A stretch of DNA of 64,000 nucleotides from Nemertoderma westbladi. Taxonomy: Eukaryota > Animalia > Xenacoelomorpha. The position numbers were made by a program, and so were the translations under genes. Shown one piece after another: positions 1-55,700 of the stretch. The notes under the pieces are model-generated. The model saw only the letters and a program-made list of their open reading frames with translations, was not told the DNA's origin and did no database searches. Where the stretch lies: contig JAUCBJ010003120.1 of the NCBI GenBank assembly GCA_032718475.1, positions 1 through 64,000 on the forward strand, in the 5' to 3' direction. Within the stretch, counting starts at the first letter, position 1. Each line of letters opens with the position of its first letter.

Positions 1-433
1 AAAGTGAATAGATTCTCCCGTCTCATTGATTTTAATCAGTTTAAGCTGAATCTTGCCATATATTCTGGACCACATGCTGCGTCTTTGTGGGGGGGGGGGG
101 GGGGGGGGGGGAGATTTAATCGGTCTGCCGCTATACGACGAAATGTCTGAAAGTGAGATCCGTCTCTCATTTCGTTATCCGTTATTCAAGATGAAACTTG
201 GCCGATGTACGTATGTACTATTCATCCATAGGCTGTGTCTTTGTGGGGCTGGAGACCCTAATCCATCTTCAGTTCTCACTATACCGCTAGAGTCAGAAAT
301 GTCTGAATAGAAATGAAAGAGGTAAAAAGTGATTAGGCGAAATCTGCTTAAAATTTGCTAATACAGTAATACTTTCGAATTAGTACTTAAATTAAATTTA
401 AGTCACGTGCTGCGCGAAGGCCCCACTTCGTGT
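1..433 (+). mobile_element. 3' part of a HINE/Helentron-associated-like element (same family as 34046-35876)
   Basis: Diverged ~146-bp monomers (tttaagctgaa...gccgcta...) ending in cacgtgctgcgcgaaggccccacttcgtgt, the same end as the 34046-35876 copy. Confidence 0.65.
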
Positions 434-593
434 TTCTTTTATGTCTAGTCGAGATTTATCGAGTTTTTCGGTCAATCAGAGCGTCCTAATCATAGACCCC
501 GGCCCTGCAGGGTAGTGGCCCAACCAGGGTGTTGAGACTAAGGTGAGTGATGCTCCTAGCGAGTATGGGCGAGATTCGGGTGTAAACGTTAAG

Positions 594-1382
594 CAGACAG
601 TGGTGCAGATAGTGGTGCATACAGTGGTGCAGACAGTGGTGCAGGCAGTGGTGCAGACAGTGGTGCAGACACTGGTGCAGACAGTGGTGCAGACAGTGGT
701 GCATGCAGTGGTGCAGACAGTGGTGCAGACACTGTGATGCAGACACTGGTGCAGACAGTGGTGCAGACACTGGTGCAGACACTGGTGCAGACAGTGGTGC
801 AGACACCTGGTGCAGACAGTGGTGCAGACAGTGGTGCAGATAATTGTGCAGACAGTGATGCACACAGTGGTGCAGACAGTGGTGCAGATAATTGTGCAGA
901 CAGTGATGCCGACAGTGGTGCAGACAGTAGTACAGCTAATTGTGCTGACAGGGATGCAGACAGTGGTGCAGACAGTGGTGCAGACACTGGTGCAGACACT
1001 GGTGCAGACACTGGTGCAGACACTGGTGCAGGCACTGGTGCAGACACTGGTACAGACACTGGTGCAGACAGTGGTGCAGACAGTGGTGCAGACACTGGTG
1101 CAGACAGTGGTGCAGACAGTGGTGCAGACACTGGTGCAGACACTGGTGCAGACACTGGTGCAGACACTGGTGCAGACACTGGTGCAGACGATGGTGCAGA
1201 CAGTGGTGCAGACACTGGTGCAGACACTGGTGCAGACAGTGGTGCAGACACCTGGTGCAGACACCTGGTGCAGACACTGGTGCAGACAGTGGTGCAGACA
1301 GTGGTGCAGACACTGGTGCAGACAGTCGTGCAGACACTGGTGCAGATAGTGATGCAGACTGTGGTGCAGACACTGGTGCAGA
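594..1382 (+). repeat. 12-bp minisatellite (cagacagtggtg/cagacactggtg), left arm
   Basis: Direct reading; about 65 units. Confidence 0.95.
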
Positions 1383-1728
1383 GAGTAAAGGGGCGAGCAG
1401 GTTAGTAAAGGAGCAGTTTAGTAAAGGAGCAGGTTTCAGAGGAGTTTTGGGGGAACCAAAACAATATACGTTATTTTATATGAAAACGGGAATACCGATT
1501 ATTTACATTCGTACACACCACTTATAATTATTTGTAATTAGGGCACATTCACCTCCACGCACCCCGACTTGTACTACATACTGACATACGTCCTCCCTAC
1601 TTCATGTAGAACCTTTCAGTAGGTACTCGCATATTTGTAGATAATAAAGTCTATGATAAAATATAATATAATAGTGCCTGGTGGTATTGTGTTTTGTGGT
1701 ACTCTGGTATTTCAGTACTTTCACCAGG

Positions 1729-4207
1729 TATCTGCCCGAGTGTCTGCACCACTGTCTGCACCAGTGTCTGCACCAGTGTCTGCACCACTGTCTGCACCAG
1801 TGTCTGCACCACTGTCTGCACCAGTGTCTGCACCACTGTCTGCACCAGTGTCTGCACCACGTGTCTGCACCAGTGTCTGCACCACTGTCTGCACCAGTGT
1901 CTGCACCAGTGTCTGCACCACTGTCTGCACCAGTGTCTGCACCAGTGTCTGCACCAGTATCTGCATCACTGTCTGCACCACTGTCTGCACCAGTGTCTGC
2001 ACACTGTCTGCACCAGTGTCTGCACCAGTGTCTGCACCACTGTCTGCACCACTGTCTGCACCACTGTCTGCACCAGTGTCTGCACTACTGTCTGCACCAG
2101 TGTCTGCACCAGTGTCTGCACCACTGTCTGCACCACTGTCTGCACCACTGTCTGCACCAGTGTCTGCACTACTGTCTGCACCAGTGTCTGCACCAGTATC
2201 TGCACCACTGTCTGCACCACTGTCTGCACCAGTGTCTGCACCACTGTCTGCACCAGTGTCTGCACTACTGTCTGCACCAGTGTCTGCACCAGTGTCTGCA
2301 CCACTGTCTGCACCACTGTCTGCACCACTGTCTGCACCAGTGTCTGCACTACTGTCTGCACCAGTGTCTGCACCAGTGTCTGCACCACTGTCTGCACCAC
2401 TGTCTGCACCAGTGTCTGCACCACTGTCTGCACCAGTGTCTGCACCAGTATCTGCACCACTGTCTGCACCACTGTCTGCACCACTGTCTGCACCAGTGTC
2501 TGCACTACTGTCTGCACCAGTGTCTGCACCAGTGTCTGCACCACTGTCTGCACCACTGTCTGCACCACTGTCTGCACCAGTGTCTGCACCACTGTCTGCA
2601 CCAGTGTCTGCACCACTGTCTGCACCAGTGTCTGCACCACTGTCTGCACCACTGTCTGCACCACTGTCTGCACCACTGTCTGCACCACTGTCTGCACCAG
2701 TGTCTGCACTACTGTCTGCACCACTGTCTGCACCACTGTCTGCACCAGTGTCTGCACTACTGTCTGCACCACTGTCTGCACCACTGTCTGCACCACTGTC
2801 TGCACCAGTGTCTGCACCACTGTCTGCACCACTGTCTGCACCACTGTCTGCACCAGTGTCTGCACTACTGTCTGCACCACTGTCTGCACCACTGTCTGCA
2901 CCACTGTCTGCACCAGTGTCTGCACCACTGTCTGCACCACTGTCTGCACCACTGTCTGCACCAGTGTCTGCACTACTGTCTGCACCACTGTCTGCACCAC
3001 TGTCTGCACCACTGTCTGCACTACTGTCTGCACCACTGTCTGCACCAGTGTCTGCACCACTGTCTGCACCACTGTCTGCACCACTGTCTGCACCACTGTC
3101 TGCACCACTGTCTGCACCACTGTCTGCACCACTGTCTGCACCACTGTCTGCACCAGTGTCTGCACCACTGTCAGCACCAGTGTCTGCACCACTGTCTGCA
3201 CCACTGTCTGCACCAGTGTCTGCACCACTGTCTGCACCAGTGTCTGCACTACTGTCTGCACCAGTGTCTGCACCAGTGTCTGCACCACTGTCTGCACTAC
3301 TGTCTGCACCACTGTCTGCACCAGTGTCTGCACCACTGTCTGCACCACTGTCTGCACCACTGTCTGCACCACTGTCTGCACCACTGTCTGCACCACTGTC
3401 TGCACCACTGTCTGCACCACTGTCTGCACCACTGTCTGTACTACTGTCTGCACCACTGTCTGCACCACTGTCTGCACCAGTGTCTGCACCACTGTCTGCA
3501 CCACTGTCTGCACTACTGTCTGCACCAGTGTCTGCACTACTGTCTGCACCACTGTCTGCACCAGTGTCTGCACCAGTGTCTGCACCACTGTCTGCACCAC
3601 TGTCTGCACCACTGTCTGCACCACTGTCTGCACTACTGTCTGCACCACTGTCTGCACCAGTGTCTGCACCACTGTCTGCACTACTGTCTGCACCACTGTC
3701 TGCACCAGTGTCTGCACCACTGTCTGCACCACTGTCTGCACCACTGTCTGCACCACTGTCTGCACCACTGTCTGCACCACTGTCTGCACCAGTGTCTGCA
3801 CCACTGTCAGCACCAGAGTCTGCACCAGTGTCTGCACCAGTGTCTGCACCACTGTCTGCACCAGTGTCTGCACTACTGTCTGCACCAGTGTCTGCACCAG
3901 TGTCTGCACCACTGTCTGCACTACTGTCTGCACCACTGTCTGCACCAGTGTCTGCACCACTGTCTGCACCACTGTCTGCACCACTGTCTGCACCACTGTC
4001 TGCACCACTGTCTGCACCACTGTCTGCACCACTGTCTGCACCACTGCCTGCACCACTGTCTGCACCACTGTCTGCACCAGTGTCTGCACCACTGTCTGCA
4101 CCACTGTCTGCACTACTGTCTGCACCAGTGTCTGCACTACTGTCTGCACCAGTGTCTACACCAGTGTCTGCACCAGTGTCTGCACTACTGTCTGCACCAG
4201 TGTCTGC
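1729..4207 (-). repeat. 12-bp minisatellite (tgtctgcaccac/ccag/ctac), right arm, inverted relative to the left arm
   Basis: Direct reading; about 205 units. Confidence 0.95.
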
Positions 4208-5100
4208 TTAACGTTTACACCCGCGAGATTCGTATAATTCTAGTCGACATTTATCGCGTTTCAGTTTCGGCCAATCAGAGCGTCCCAATTGTAGACCCCC
4301 AGTCCAACCGGGTCGTGGCCCAATCAGGGTGTTGAGACTAAGGTGAGGGATGTTGCTAGCTATTAGGGACGAGTTTCGTTTAATTCTAGTCGATATTTAT
4401 CGAGTTTCAGTTTCGGCCAATCAGAGCGTCCCATTCGTAGACCCATGCCCCTTGGTTCTGATAATTAGTTAGTGACCTTACATTTGTGGCCTATGTATCT
4501 ATGGTCAAAAAATTAGGAAAATCGTTAGAGCCGTTTTAAATTTGATCACTCACTCACTCCCAGTCATTGTCAACACGGTTTTATTTATACTGTAGGTATG
4601 ATTCCCTACAGAAAGTAACCTAGCGGTTCCTAATTAGCTACGGCATCCCTTTCTATAATTAAGTTAATATTTTTGCAGTAGTTATAGGCGACATACATTG
4701 CTCTAAACCGTCCGCTTATATTATGTATTTTCGGCGCGAATTTTTTATTTAAATTCAAACCTTGCAGTTAGCAACATTTTGGCCAAATTTTGTACATTAT
4801 TACTGGCTGATGATTTTGTGTAAAAATCGAAACGTTTAACTAATATAGAACTTTTGCATTGTTTCATTTGTTTTTTTCATTTGATTTCATTGTTTTTACG
4901 CACTGTAAATATATTATTACCGGAAGATTATCGCGCTTGATCTTTCATACTTTCATTGCGTTTCCATAAATCGATTCCACTTAATATATATATTTTTCTG
5001 CGCTTTTTTTATTTGTTTCTAATACAAAAAAATAAAAATAAAATAATTGACATTATATAATAATTTATTTCCATTATTTATATATTTGCGTTTTTTTTAG

Positions 5101-46710
<41,610 letters not shown>

Positions 46711-47290
46711 GCAATCGTTGCTAGGTCATTGAGTGGGAGTGTGTGGTTGCTATGGGAATAAATTTTGGAGACTATAGTCAGATTCACCATCATTAATAGT
46801 GTTAATTTGCAATATGTTTTTAAACTCATTGAATTGAATTAATCTACCGCTATTAATGTGAAGTTAATATTTTTATACTAAAGCTGTGCAATTATTAATT
46901 GTGTTTCTTTTCCTACTCTTCGATATTATATTATAAAATATATAATAAATTAATAATTTCATTATTTTGTGACGCGATGCGAAAAAGTCGTGAGAGACAG
47001 GTAACTTGCTATCTGAGAGTTGCACTTACTGACTTACCGGTACGGTTACACTTCTGACATTGGAGGTGACAGACTGACTGGGTGTAGCAATGTAGACCTA
47101 GCAGGTTAGGATCAATTATAATAAGCATGGCATAATTTCATATTTAGTATAAATTTATGAATAGCCACGTATTTTATTAACGAAAATAGGTCGGTAGGTT
47201 TGGTCTTCGCCTAGGTTGTAAAGCTGTAGGTACAGCGTACAGCACATTAGGTCATTTGTACGTTAATTCCAACGTGACATTAGATAGGTG

Positions 47291-48525
47291 TACTACTACT
47301 ACTAGGATCGGCATGCTGCATTGCAGCTGCATTTTTAAGAATGCTGTGCCGGCTTGTCGACAAAATTGCACCGCCACAACTCCCTATCACCCATGACAAT
47401 TGCTAGATCATCCGCATCTTCAAGGCCAGTGTCCTTTAAGATGCGTCTCAAGAAAGTCATGGGCTGTCCACCATGCTTATTCACTCCATGAGGCTGCCAA
47501 AGTACAAGATTATGCACTGGCTGGTCCTCACGGCGAAAGCAATGTCCTGCAAAGCGGAGGCGATTTTGTTCTAGTGTCAAGCTTGGGGGAACCAATGAGA
47601 CACCTCCAATGTTATATAGTGTCTGGTTGGAGATGTGTGCATTGTATTTGACACAATGAACCCGGCGTAGCATTCTTGTGAATGTGCCATCCAGAGATTT
47701 GGTGTCCTCAGCAGTTAGAGCCCAGCATGGAGTCCCATAGAGGAGTACTGGAACTACTGTTGCTCTAAATAATCGGACCTTAAGTTTTCGATTAATTCTC
47801 GGTGACTTCCAAATCCTGGAAAGCCTATTCAGGGCTGCCCATGCCTTTCCCTTACGTATTCGAAGGTCCTCATCTGACTTCTGGATCCATGATCCCAGGT
47901 AACAGAAGTCATCCACATGCTCAAGCATACCATCCTTTGAGCTTATGCTCATCCGGTCAGAGACTTGCTGAGGACTTTCAAAGTTAAATGTCAAAATCTT
48001 TTTGAAGTTAATAAAAAGACCAACACTAGAATCAGCCTGTTCTAATGAGCTGAGGAGCCGTTGGGCTCCCTCTAAGTGATTCTGAGAGTACTCCTAAGTC
48101 AGCAGCAAAGTCTAGATCAGTTAGGTACTTGGCAGGATTTCCTCGACTTCTGGAGCCAGTTGGTGGAGTTACCATCACCCTATCATCATTATGATGATCT
48201 AAGGACATGCGTAGCACATAGTCAACCACAATTATGAACAAGAATGGCGCAAGTGTGTCTACCTGGAGGACGCCCCATAACACTTCAAATGGTTCTGTGT
48301 CACCGTCAACAGTAGACACAAATGTTGTCGAACCATCGTATACTGATCTGATTGCTGCAATAATTTCATCAGGAATCCCATATAATGAAAGTATGGTGAA
48401 CAGACGAGAGCGAGAGACTGAATCAAAGGCCTTGAAGAAGTCAACAAAGATAACAGCCAGATGCCTGCCTTTCTTTTTTGATAACTCTTCAATTATCCTT
48501 ATAAGTGCCAGAATGGGCTCCATGG
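47291..48525 (-). mobile_element. 5'-truncated RTE-like LINE (RT pseudogene) with (TAG)n tail
   Basis: FVDFFKAFDSV, GVLQVDTLAPFLF, DLDFAADL, DDFCYLGSWI, RLRFAGHCFRR in shifted frames; tail tactactactacta on the + strand. Confidence 0.9.
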
Positions 48526-48661
48526 TCCCACCAGTATCTCAGGTGTAGGTCATGCCTTGTTAGGCCCTACAGTCCTAAAGTCTGGAGACTGTAAACATGT
48601 TCTATTGACTACTGATTTAGATGTGCTCCTTTCCCCAAGTTGATATTTAGCCATGAGGCGG

Positions 48662-49902
48662 TGTAAAAGCTTCTGTGGGATATAACTGGCCCCTTTGCTT
48701 CGCAATCCAGTTTCCCCCCAGGCGCTGGAATACTCTAAAAGGCTCTCTAACTGTATATATATTCCCCTCGCCCGCAGGGTACCGTTATAGGTGTTTTAAC
48801 GGACATAAAAGTCATTCTTCTATATACGTGCTTTGGCGGACATGGTAAGGCAAAAAACCTGCAATGCACCAAATACCTTTACACGGCTTGGCCTTGATGA
48901 TTCAGATTGCGACATCTAGCAGCTGGTTGCTGGCATGGAAACAGCCATTGGACGCATGGTTCTTTGTTTGGCTTGAGCCAATCAGAGCGATTTTTTCTGT
49001 CGACGTGTAGATATTCGGTCGATCATACTAGGAGTGTTCAGTCTTACTGTTTTTTGTGATACTGTTGTGTCATTGCTATCTAAGCCAGAAACACCGGCTC
49101 TAGAGTTAATTCGTTTCATACTTTAGAAGAAACATTAGTAGGCTTAAATTATAGAGCGTATAACTGTTATCAGTGCATATCACTGTACATATCGGTTCAT
49201 ATCATATCTTAACCTACCGTCTTAATGCTGTTTACTGTTGTGTTTTGGTTGAATATTATTTGGAGAACATATATAAAGAACCCAAATTTCCCAATTTTCT
49301 TGATACACTACAGGTTAGAGAGGCGGGTTATATATAGCGATTGCGACTTATATTATTGTGGTTTGTAGTGAATTTAATGCTATTTGATAAGCCCTACATG
49401 AGTCAATTGCTGTTCGCTTTATATATGATAAAATTCATTGACGGTCGGCAAATTAATGAGCAGTATTGTGTGTTACCGGTAGTGTGCATGATTGTGACTG
49501 ATAACTAAGCATTTCCTAAAGAATGCGCCTTATACGTGAATCATAAGCCTTACCGACTTACCGTTGTGATTAGTATAAGTCATATCTCTGTTTATTTAGA
49601 TAGAGCGCCACGTCCTAAAGGAACTGTTAATATTTCCCGAAACTGAATAATATTAGTCAGAAATTATTTATTAACGATCAATCGAATAATACAGTAGGCT
49701 TCACTGCAATAATAATCTAAGCCCTCAGAATCCAGTCTCCCGGGTATATCCAGCGGGTGAATGGACGCGCACTAGGCTGGCTTCTGCTAATGTTGTGTTT
49801 ATTGGTATTAAATATTTGTCATCTTCTAAAGTATATTGATAAACCAAAAGACATATAAATTTTGGCAGGTTAAACTGCTAAAGGTCTTCAAAAGCGCGTA
49901 CA
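48662..49902 (+). repeat. 5' LTR
   Basis: tgtaaaagc...gcgcgtaca; only two substitutions versus the 3' LTR noticed by eye. Confidence 0.95.
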
Positions 49903-49968
49903 ATAACAGTTATTGACTTTATTGCAGTAAGCAATAAAGTTGAAAGTACCGGTCGACCGGTAAACCTG

Positions 49969-50095
49969 AACCGGTACTTCTGTAGGTCAGTAGGCCCAAC
50001 TGCCAGAACCGGTACTGCCGTAGGTCCGTAGGTCCAACTGCCAGAACCGGTACTTCTGTAGGTCCGTAGGCCCAACTGTCCTAACCAGTACTTCC
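49969..50095. repeat. 38-bp tandem repeat (about 3 copies) in the element leader
   Basis: aaccggtac at 49969, 50007 and 50045. Confidence 0.8.
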
Positions 50096-50323
50096 AGTAT
50101 AAGTACATTAGTATTATTCGATTTTGATTATTGTATACCGGTAGGTCTTAGTATTTAATCAGGGACTGCAGCCCTGGTTTTTTATTGAGATTTCACTTAT
50201 TTCTGTCGGTTTTATTTACAAGTAAGTTAATATTGAGCTGAAGACGTGTAAGTCTGCTCAGATTGTTCAGATAATTGTAGGCCGGACTGTTGTCGGATTG
50301 TTGTTGGGTTTGGAGAGATTACG

Positions 50324-51345
50324 GCGTGTGTAGAGTTTGTCCGATAGAGCGCCAGTTAGTAAGTTGGGGCAGCCATTGCTGTAAGGTCAATCCCCTCTTA
50401 AAGAATAAGTCGTACTACCGTGTTAGAACGCATACTAACTAACGATTTTGGAATCTGCACATACTGTAGTTTATTTAGGCTTGACAGTATTCTGCCAGCG
50501 TTTAGGCCTGTGTTTGTTTGTGTAGTCTGTCCAGGTACCGTAATAGTTATTACTCAGATATTTTGTAGGCTGGATTGTTGTCTAGCTATTATTAGGTCTG
50601 AAGAGATTGCTGCGTGTGTAGAGTTTGTCCGATAGAGTGCCAGTTAGTAAGTTGGGGCAGCCATAGCTGTAAGGTCAATCCCCTCTTAAAGAATAAGTCG
50701 TACTACCGTGTTAGAACGCATACTAACTAACGATTTTGGAATCTGCACATACTGTAGTTTATTTAGGCTTGACAGTATTCTGCCAACGTTTTGGCCTGTG
50801 TTTGTTTGTGTGGTCTGTTCAGGTACCGTAATAGTTATTACTCAGATATTTTGTAGGCTGGATTGTTGTCTAGCTATTATTAGGTCTGAAGAGATTGCTG
50901 CGTGTGTAGAGTTTGTCCGATAGAGTGCCAGTTAGTAAGTTGGGGCAGCCATAGCTGTAAGGTCAATCCCCTCTTAAAGAATAAGTCGTACTACCGTGTT
51001 AGAACGCATACTAACTAACGATTTTGGAATCTGCACATACTGTAGTTTATTTAGGCTTGACAGTATTCTGCCAACGTTTTGGCCTGTGTTTGTTTGTGTG
51101 GTCTGTTCAGGTACCGTAATAGTTATTACTCAGATATTTTGTAGGCTGGATTGTTGTCTAGCTATTATTAGGTCTGAAGAGATTGCTGCGTGTGTAGAGT
51201 TTGTCCGATAGAGTGCCAGTTAGTAAGTTGGGGCAGCCATAGCTGTAAGGTCAATCCCCTCTTAAAGAATAAGTCGTACTACCGTGTTAGAACGCATACT
51301 AACTAACCATTTTGGAATCTACACATACTGTAGTTTACTTAGGCT
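50324..51345. repeat. 288-bp tandem repeat (about 3.5 copies) in the element leader
   Basis: Near-identical 71-aa pseudo-ORFs at 50420, 50708 and 50996. Confidence 0.95.
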
Positions 51346-52742
51346 TGGTGGTAGTCTGCCAGCGTTTGGTTTGTATTTCGTTTGAGTATTCTGTACGGGT
51401 AGCGTAATATTTATTATTCAGAGTTTATGCGATTATTCGCAACATTCATGTCCCCAAGTTTATTCCTACAGTAATTGTGTTTGTTACACATACCGTTATA
51501 GTTAAATTAACCCCGGTACTACACGGGCTGCTTGGCGTAGGTAAAGACTGGTGATTTGTGCACTGGTCACTCCAGCAGATGCCGTGGTTCTTTTAACTGT
51601 TCAAGTATATTTAACTACTGATTATTTGTTGTACCAGTACTTGTACCTAATTTAGGGTTTAGTGTACAGTGCTTTCCGAAAGTAATTAGTGTGTAGGCAG
51701 TATATTTGTGTTGTAAAGTGGTTAATAGGCACGTTGGATCTGGTAGTCCGCGGTAATTAACTTCTAGGTAGGAACACTCCGTGATACATAACGTAGTACC
51801 TATAGCGATACGGCTATAGGTCGTCAGGCGGTGGTATTTTCCTATCTGGACAGTGCAATATATTTACTACTACTTATTATTTTCAAATACCGTAGTACCC
51901 TGTCCGTTGTAATAACCAGAATTCTAACCCTTTGTTAGGCTGGTTTGTAGACTTCCTGTAAAATTACCCTAAAAATTTCGTACGTAATATTTTTGTTGTG
52001 TTTAATTAGAGATTTGATCTCACCCGTATTGTACGTAATTCGTAGATAAGTAACTTAGGCCAGTAGAATTATCTGTTTTAGTGTCTAATAAGTAGCACTT
52101 CACTGAGAGCGCACAGCTTCTGTGTAGTGACTCCCCCCAGAAATAATAACATTTATTTCAAATATTGACAAAACCCCTTTTTAAACGGGTATATATCTAT
52201 TATAAATCAACTCAAACGATTTATAAATAGTAGGCCTGCCATACAACAACTAGGTCTCAATATCAGTTGGACTACTGCTTAAATAACGGTAATAAAGTAA
52301 GTTAAAGTAACCAAGTAACCCTAAATATTCAGAAATTCAATTATTCTAAAATAATTGACATACCGGTATTTACCATAGGCTTATTATATTTATTTCTATA
52401 AATTTGAGCTGAAATCATACCGGTATTCTGTAATTAATTCTAGTTCATAATTATACTTATATATACTATAAGTGTAAGCTGCATACCGGTATTCACGATA
52501 GGCCTATTATATATTTATATATATTTGTGCTAAAATTATACCGGTACTCTGTGACAAACCTAGTCTGTAATAATACTTATATATATACTATAAGCATACC
52601 GGTATTCTAATATATTATATATATATCACGCTACACTGAGTAGCAGTATCGGTAATTAATTATTAGGCTAACAGTGATACGGAATTACTAGACTTACTTT
52701 AACTGTATTTATAGCCGTAGGCATTCAACTGTGTAAACAAAC

Positions 52743-55700
52743 ATGTCAGATTCAACCAAATCACTGTCAGATAGTCTCTTAGAAAGTGTTAGAATGAGTA
52801 TTAGACTTAGACAGCGTATTAAAAGGATCCGTGACCAAGATCCAAGTATAGAACATCCTAGGTCCAAGTCTAAATCACCTACTATTGTCAAAAAGGCCAT
52901 CCCTACAGTAGTAGTGTCAGACACTAGGCTAGTAGAACAACGTAGGTCTATCATCGGTACTCGGGCCCAAGTCAAGCGGGATCAAGAAGCAGCTGTCAAA
53001 CAGCAGCAACATCCTAGCCTAGAACTTAGTTCTCAGCGGCCCGATAGCTCCAGTAGTTCGGATACTGCTGAGCGGACGCCCGAACGCGGAGCGAAGATGG
53101 TGGATACGGTTTATGATGAACGGCCAACCTATGAAGAATCAACCGACGCCACTTCTTCTCAAGTGGAAAGCGAAGTGGAAAGCGAATTAACAGCAGAGAA
53201 GCCGCGAACTAGAGACGCCATTGACATCTATCTGTCAGACTATCAGCGATTCATAGGAGACGAAGAGTTGAGGAGACGACTGTCTGGACTTCGCCCTAAT
53301 AGTGAAGGAACCAAGCTTGTGTTGGACGCAATCGATGCGGAAATGTTAGCTGCGAACCAAGCTAAATTTGATGAACGACTCCGCCTCGTTAGAGTCCAAG
53401 AAGAACAAGTAAAGAAAAGACGGATAGAGGACCGAAAGGCAGCAGCAGTAGCAGCGGCGAAAGCGGCAGCGGCAGAAGTAGAAGCAGAAAGAAAGGCAGC
53501 GGCGGCAGAAGCAGAAGCAGAAAGAAAGGCAAAAGCGGCAATGGCAGAAGTGGAAAGAAAGGCAGCTAAGGCAGTGGCAGAAGCAGAACGGAGAGCGTCT
53601 GAGGAGACTACCCAACTGGAGTTGGAATATCTGCAAGAGACGCAAGACAACATAAATAAACAGTTAACTGCTAGTCACATGCAGATGATGAGAAGATCTA
53701 CTCCCAAGCGCCAAGGATACACATCATCGGAGGAAGGCGAGACCACCGATCCTGAAGGCGGAGGAAATAGATCTCGTCTAAGCAGGCGTAGAAAAACATC
53801 TCACCGTCACAAATTGCCTGATTTGCCCCCAGCTGTTAGAAGACAACTAGCTAGCACAGACTTAGGTAGTACAGAACCCACAGAACAAACTATTCAGGTC
53901 AAAAGACTCCCTACAATAGTTGATGAGCCTGAAATAATTAGGCCTGTCGTTACCAAAGTCACTTCCGTGCCAGAGACCCCTGTACTTCCAGAGCTTAACT
54001 CTAAATTCCCTTTACATAGTACTACACTGCCTGTACCCGGTAGAACAGTCCATGAGAATATCCCTGTCCTGGAAGCAGAGAGAGAAATCAAAGATTTGTC
54101 TCCCGTCGTCCAGCGTCGGCCCGCTACAATGTTGGCGACTCCCGCTTCGGCGGTCGAGTGGGTAGAGGAGGGACGGCGGGGGATGAATCTCCTGCTCGGA
54201 CAGATGCAGGAGACTGTCCACCAACTTAAGGGAACAGTAAGGGAAGGTAGGGCCGAATTGCAAGAATTGCAGCAAAGTATCGCGCTAGAACGCGACAAAT
54301 TAGTCAATATACAAAAAGGTATATCAATACCCCCTGTAACATTGTGTCAACCTGTTAGGTCTGAAGTATTACATGCGCAAGGTGTGGAGCCTACACGCAT
54401 CTATACTGCTAGTGAAGTAGAAACTCCTATAGCAAACCCTATTAAGGGTGATTATAAACCTGTTGTTAACGATATTCCCTATAGACCTGATAATGATCCG
54501 AGAAATTTATATACCGATAATTCGATATTAAATAACACGATGGCCCAAGAAAGCTTTACGCGTCAGATGGCTAGAACAGAAGCCCGCCAAGCGGTCAAAG
54601 TGGGAGAGATCGTCAAATTCAATGGAGATGAGATGAAATGGTTACCTTTCAATGAATATTACAAAGACAGCATACAGAACTCTGTACTATCTAACGGAGA
54701 GAAACTTAGATTTCTCATCAAGTGCTTGGAAGGACCTCCCAAGTTAATGGCGTTAAAGTTTATTGGACATCCAGAAGGATTAAGACAAGTTTGGGATACA
54801 TTAAACATCAGGTATGGTAACAAGGATAACATAGCTAAGTATTTGTATGCAAAATTAGTAGCCCCCCGAAACTTCCTTAGTAGCGGTATTATAGAGTTTT
54901 CCGATGAGATTCAGGAAATCTGTAGACAATTGGACTGGTTAGGTAAGTCTCATGAATATCAGAGTTCCATGGTTATTGCAGCAGTAGTATCTACTTTACC
55001 TAAGGGTGGAGTATGTACACGCTGGGACAAGAAAGTGTTGTACATGAATGAACAACAACGACGAAGCCCTACCATGGCTGATCTCATGTCCTTCTTAGAT
55101 AATGAAGTAAAATTACAACTCATAAAGCAGTCCAGAGAGAAAACATCGGAAAATAAGGTAAGTGAGAAACCCGTTTCTAGGAGAAGGATAATACCAGTGT
55201 GTTATACTGACGACGGCGAAAGCCAAGCTTCTCAAGAAGAGGACAGCGGGAAAGACACAGCAAAATCTTACTATGACAATAAGACCTATAAAGACGTAAG
55301 TAAATACAAGTCTCGAACCAGTGACAGGAGAGAACAGGTAACAACAACTCCTCCTACGTCTCCTAAGAGAATTCACGGAAGAAAGCCCGAAGAAAGAACG
55401 AGAGTGCATAACGTTACCCAAGGTAAGGTGAGTAACATCAAACCAAAATGTGCGCTGTGCGACGGGCCCCACCGTTTGAGTGCGTGTGCTGAATTTCTAA
55501 AGAAATCCCTTGTAGACAGACGTACAGTCCTGTGGAATAAGCGGTTATGCTATAATTGCCTCAGATCAGGACACCAACGGCGAACCTGTTACTCCGACGT
55601 AAAGTGTGCAAAGTGTGGCGCGAAACATCACATCTTGTTACACAGTGAGTTCGAACGAAACAACCCGAGTCAGGTAAGTGAGCCCGAACTACATGTCCAA

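Larger units (their letters stand above)
578..4222. mobile_element. Non-autonomous Foldback/Mutator-like DNA transposon with minisatellite arms
   Basis: Perfect terminal inverted repeat gggtgtaaacgttaagcagac (578) / gtctgcttaacgtttacaccc (to 4222). 9-bp direct duplication gcgagattc at 569-577 and 4223-4231. Arms are the same 12-bp repeat in opposite orientation around a ~350-bp unique core. Confidence 0.85.
444..4450. repeat. ~146-bp tandem repeat (about 2.5 units) interrupted by the foldback element
   Basis: Unit tctagtcga..tttatcg...caatcagagcgtcc...gggtgttgagactaaggtgag occurs at 444, 4239 and 4385; the first unit is split at gcgagattc. Confidence 0.7.

Noticed and set aside
476-4335. Long ORFs (SAPL/CLHH/VCTT repeats) in nearly all frames
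   Set aside because: Produced by a stop-free 12-bp repeat inside a transposon; no coding context.
50324-51345. Hammerhead ribozyme (ctgaaga) or 71-aa ORFs in the 288-bp repeats
   Set aside because: No GAAA and flanking helices were found at the right spacing; the ORFs start at GTG and simply track the repeat.
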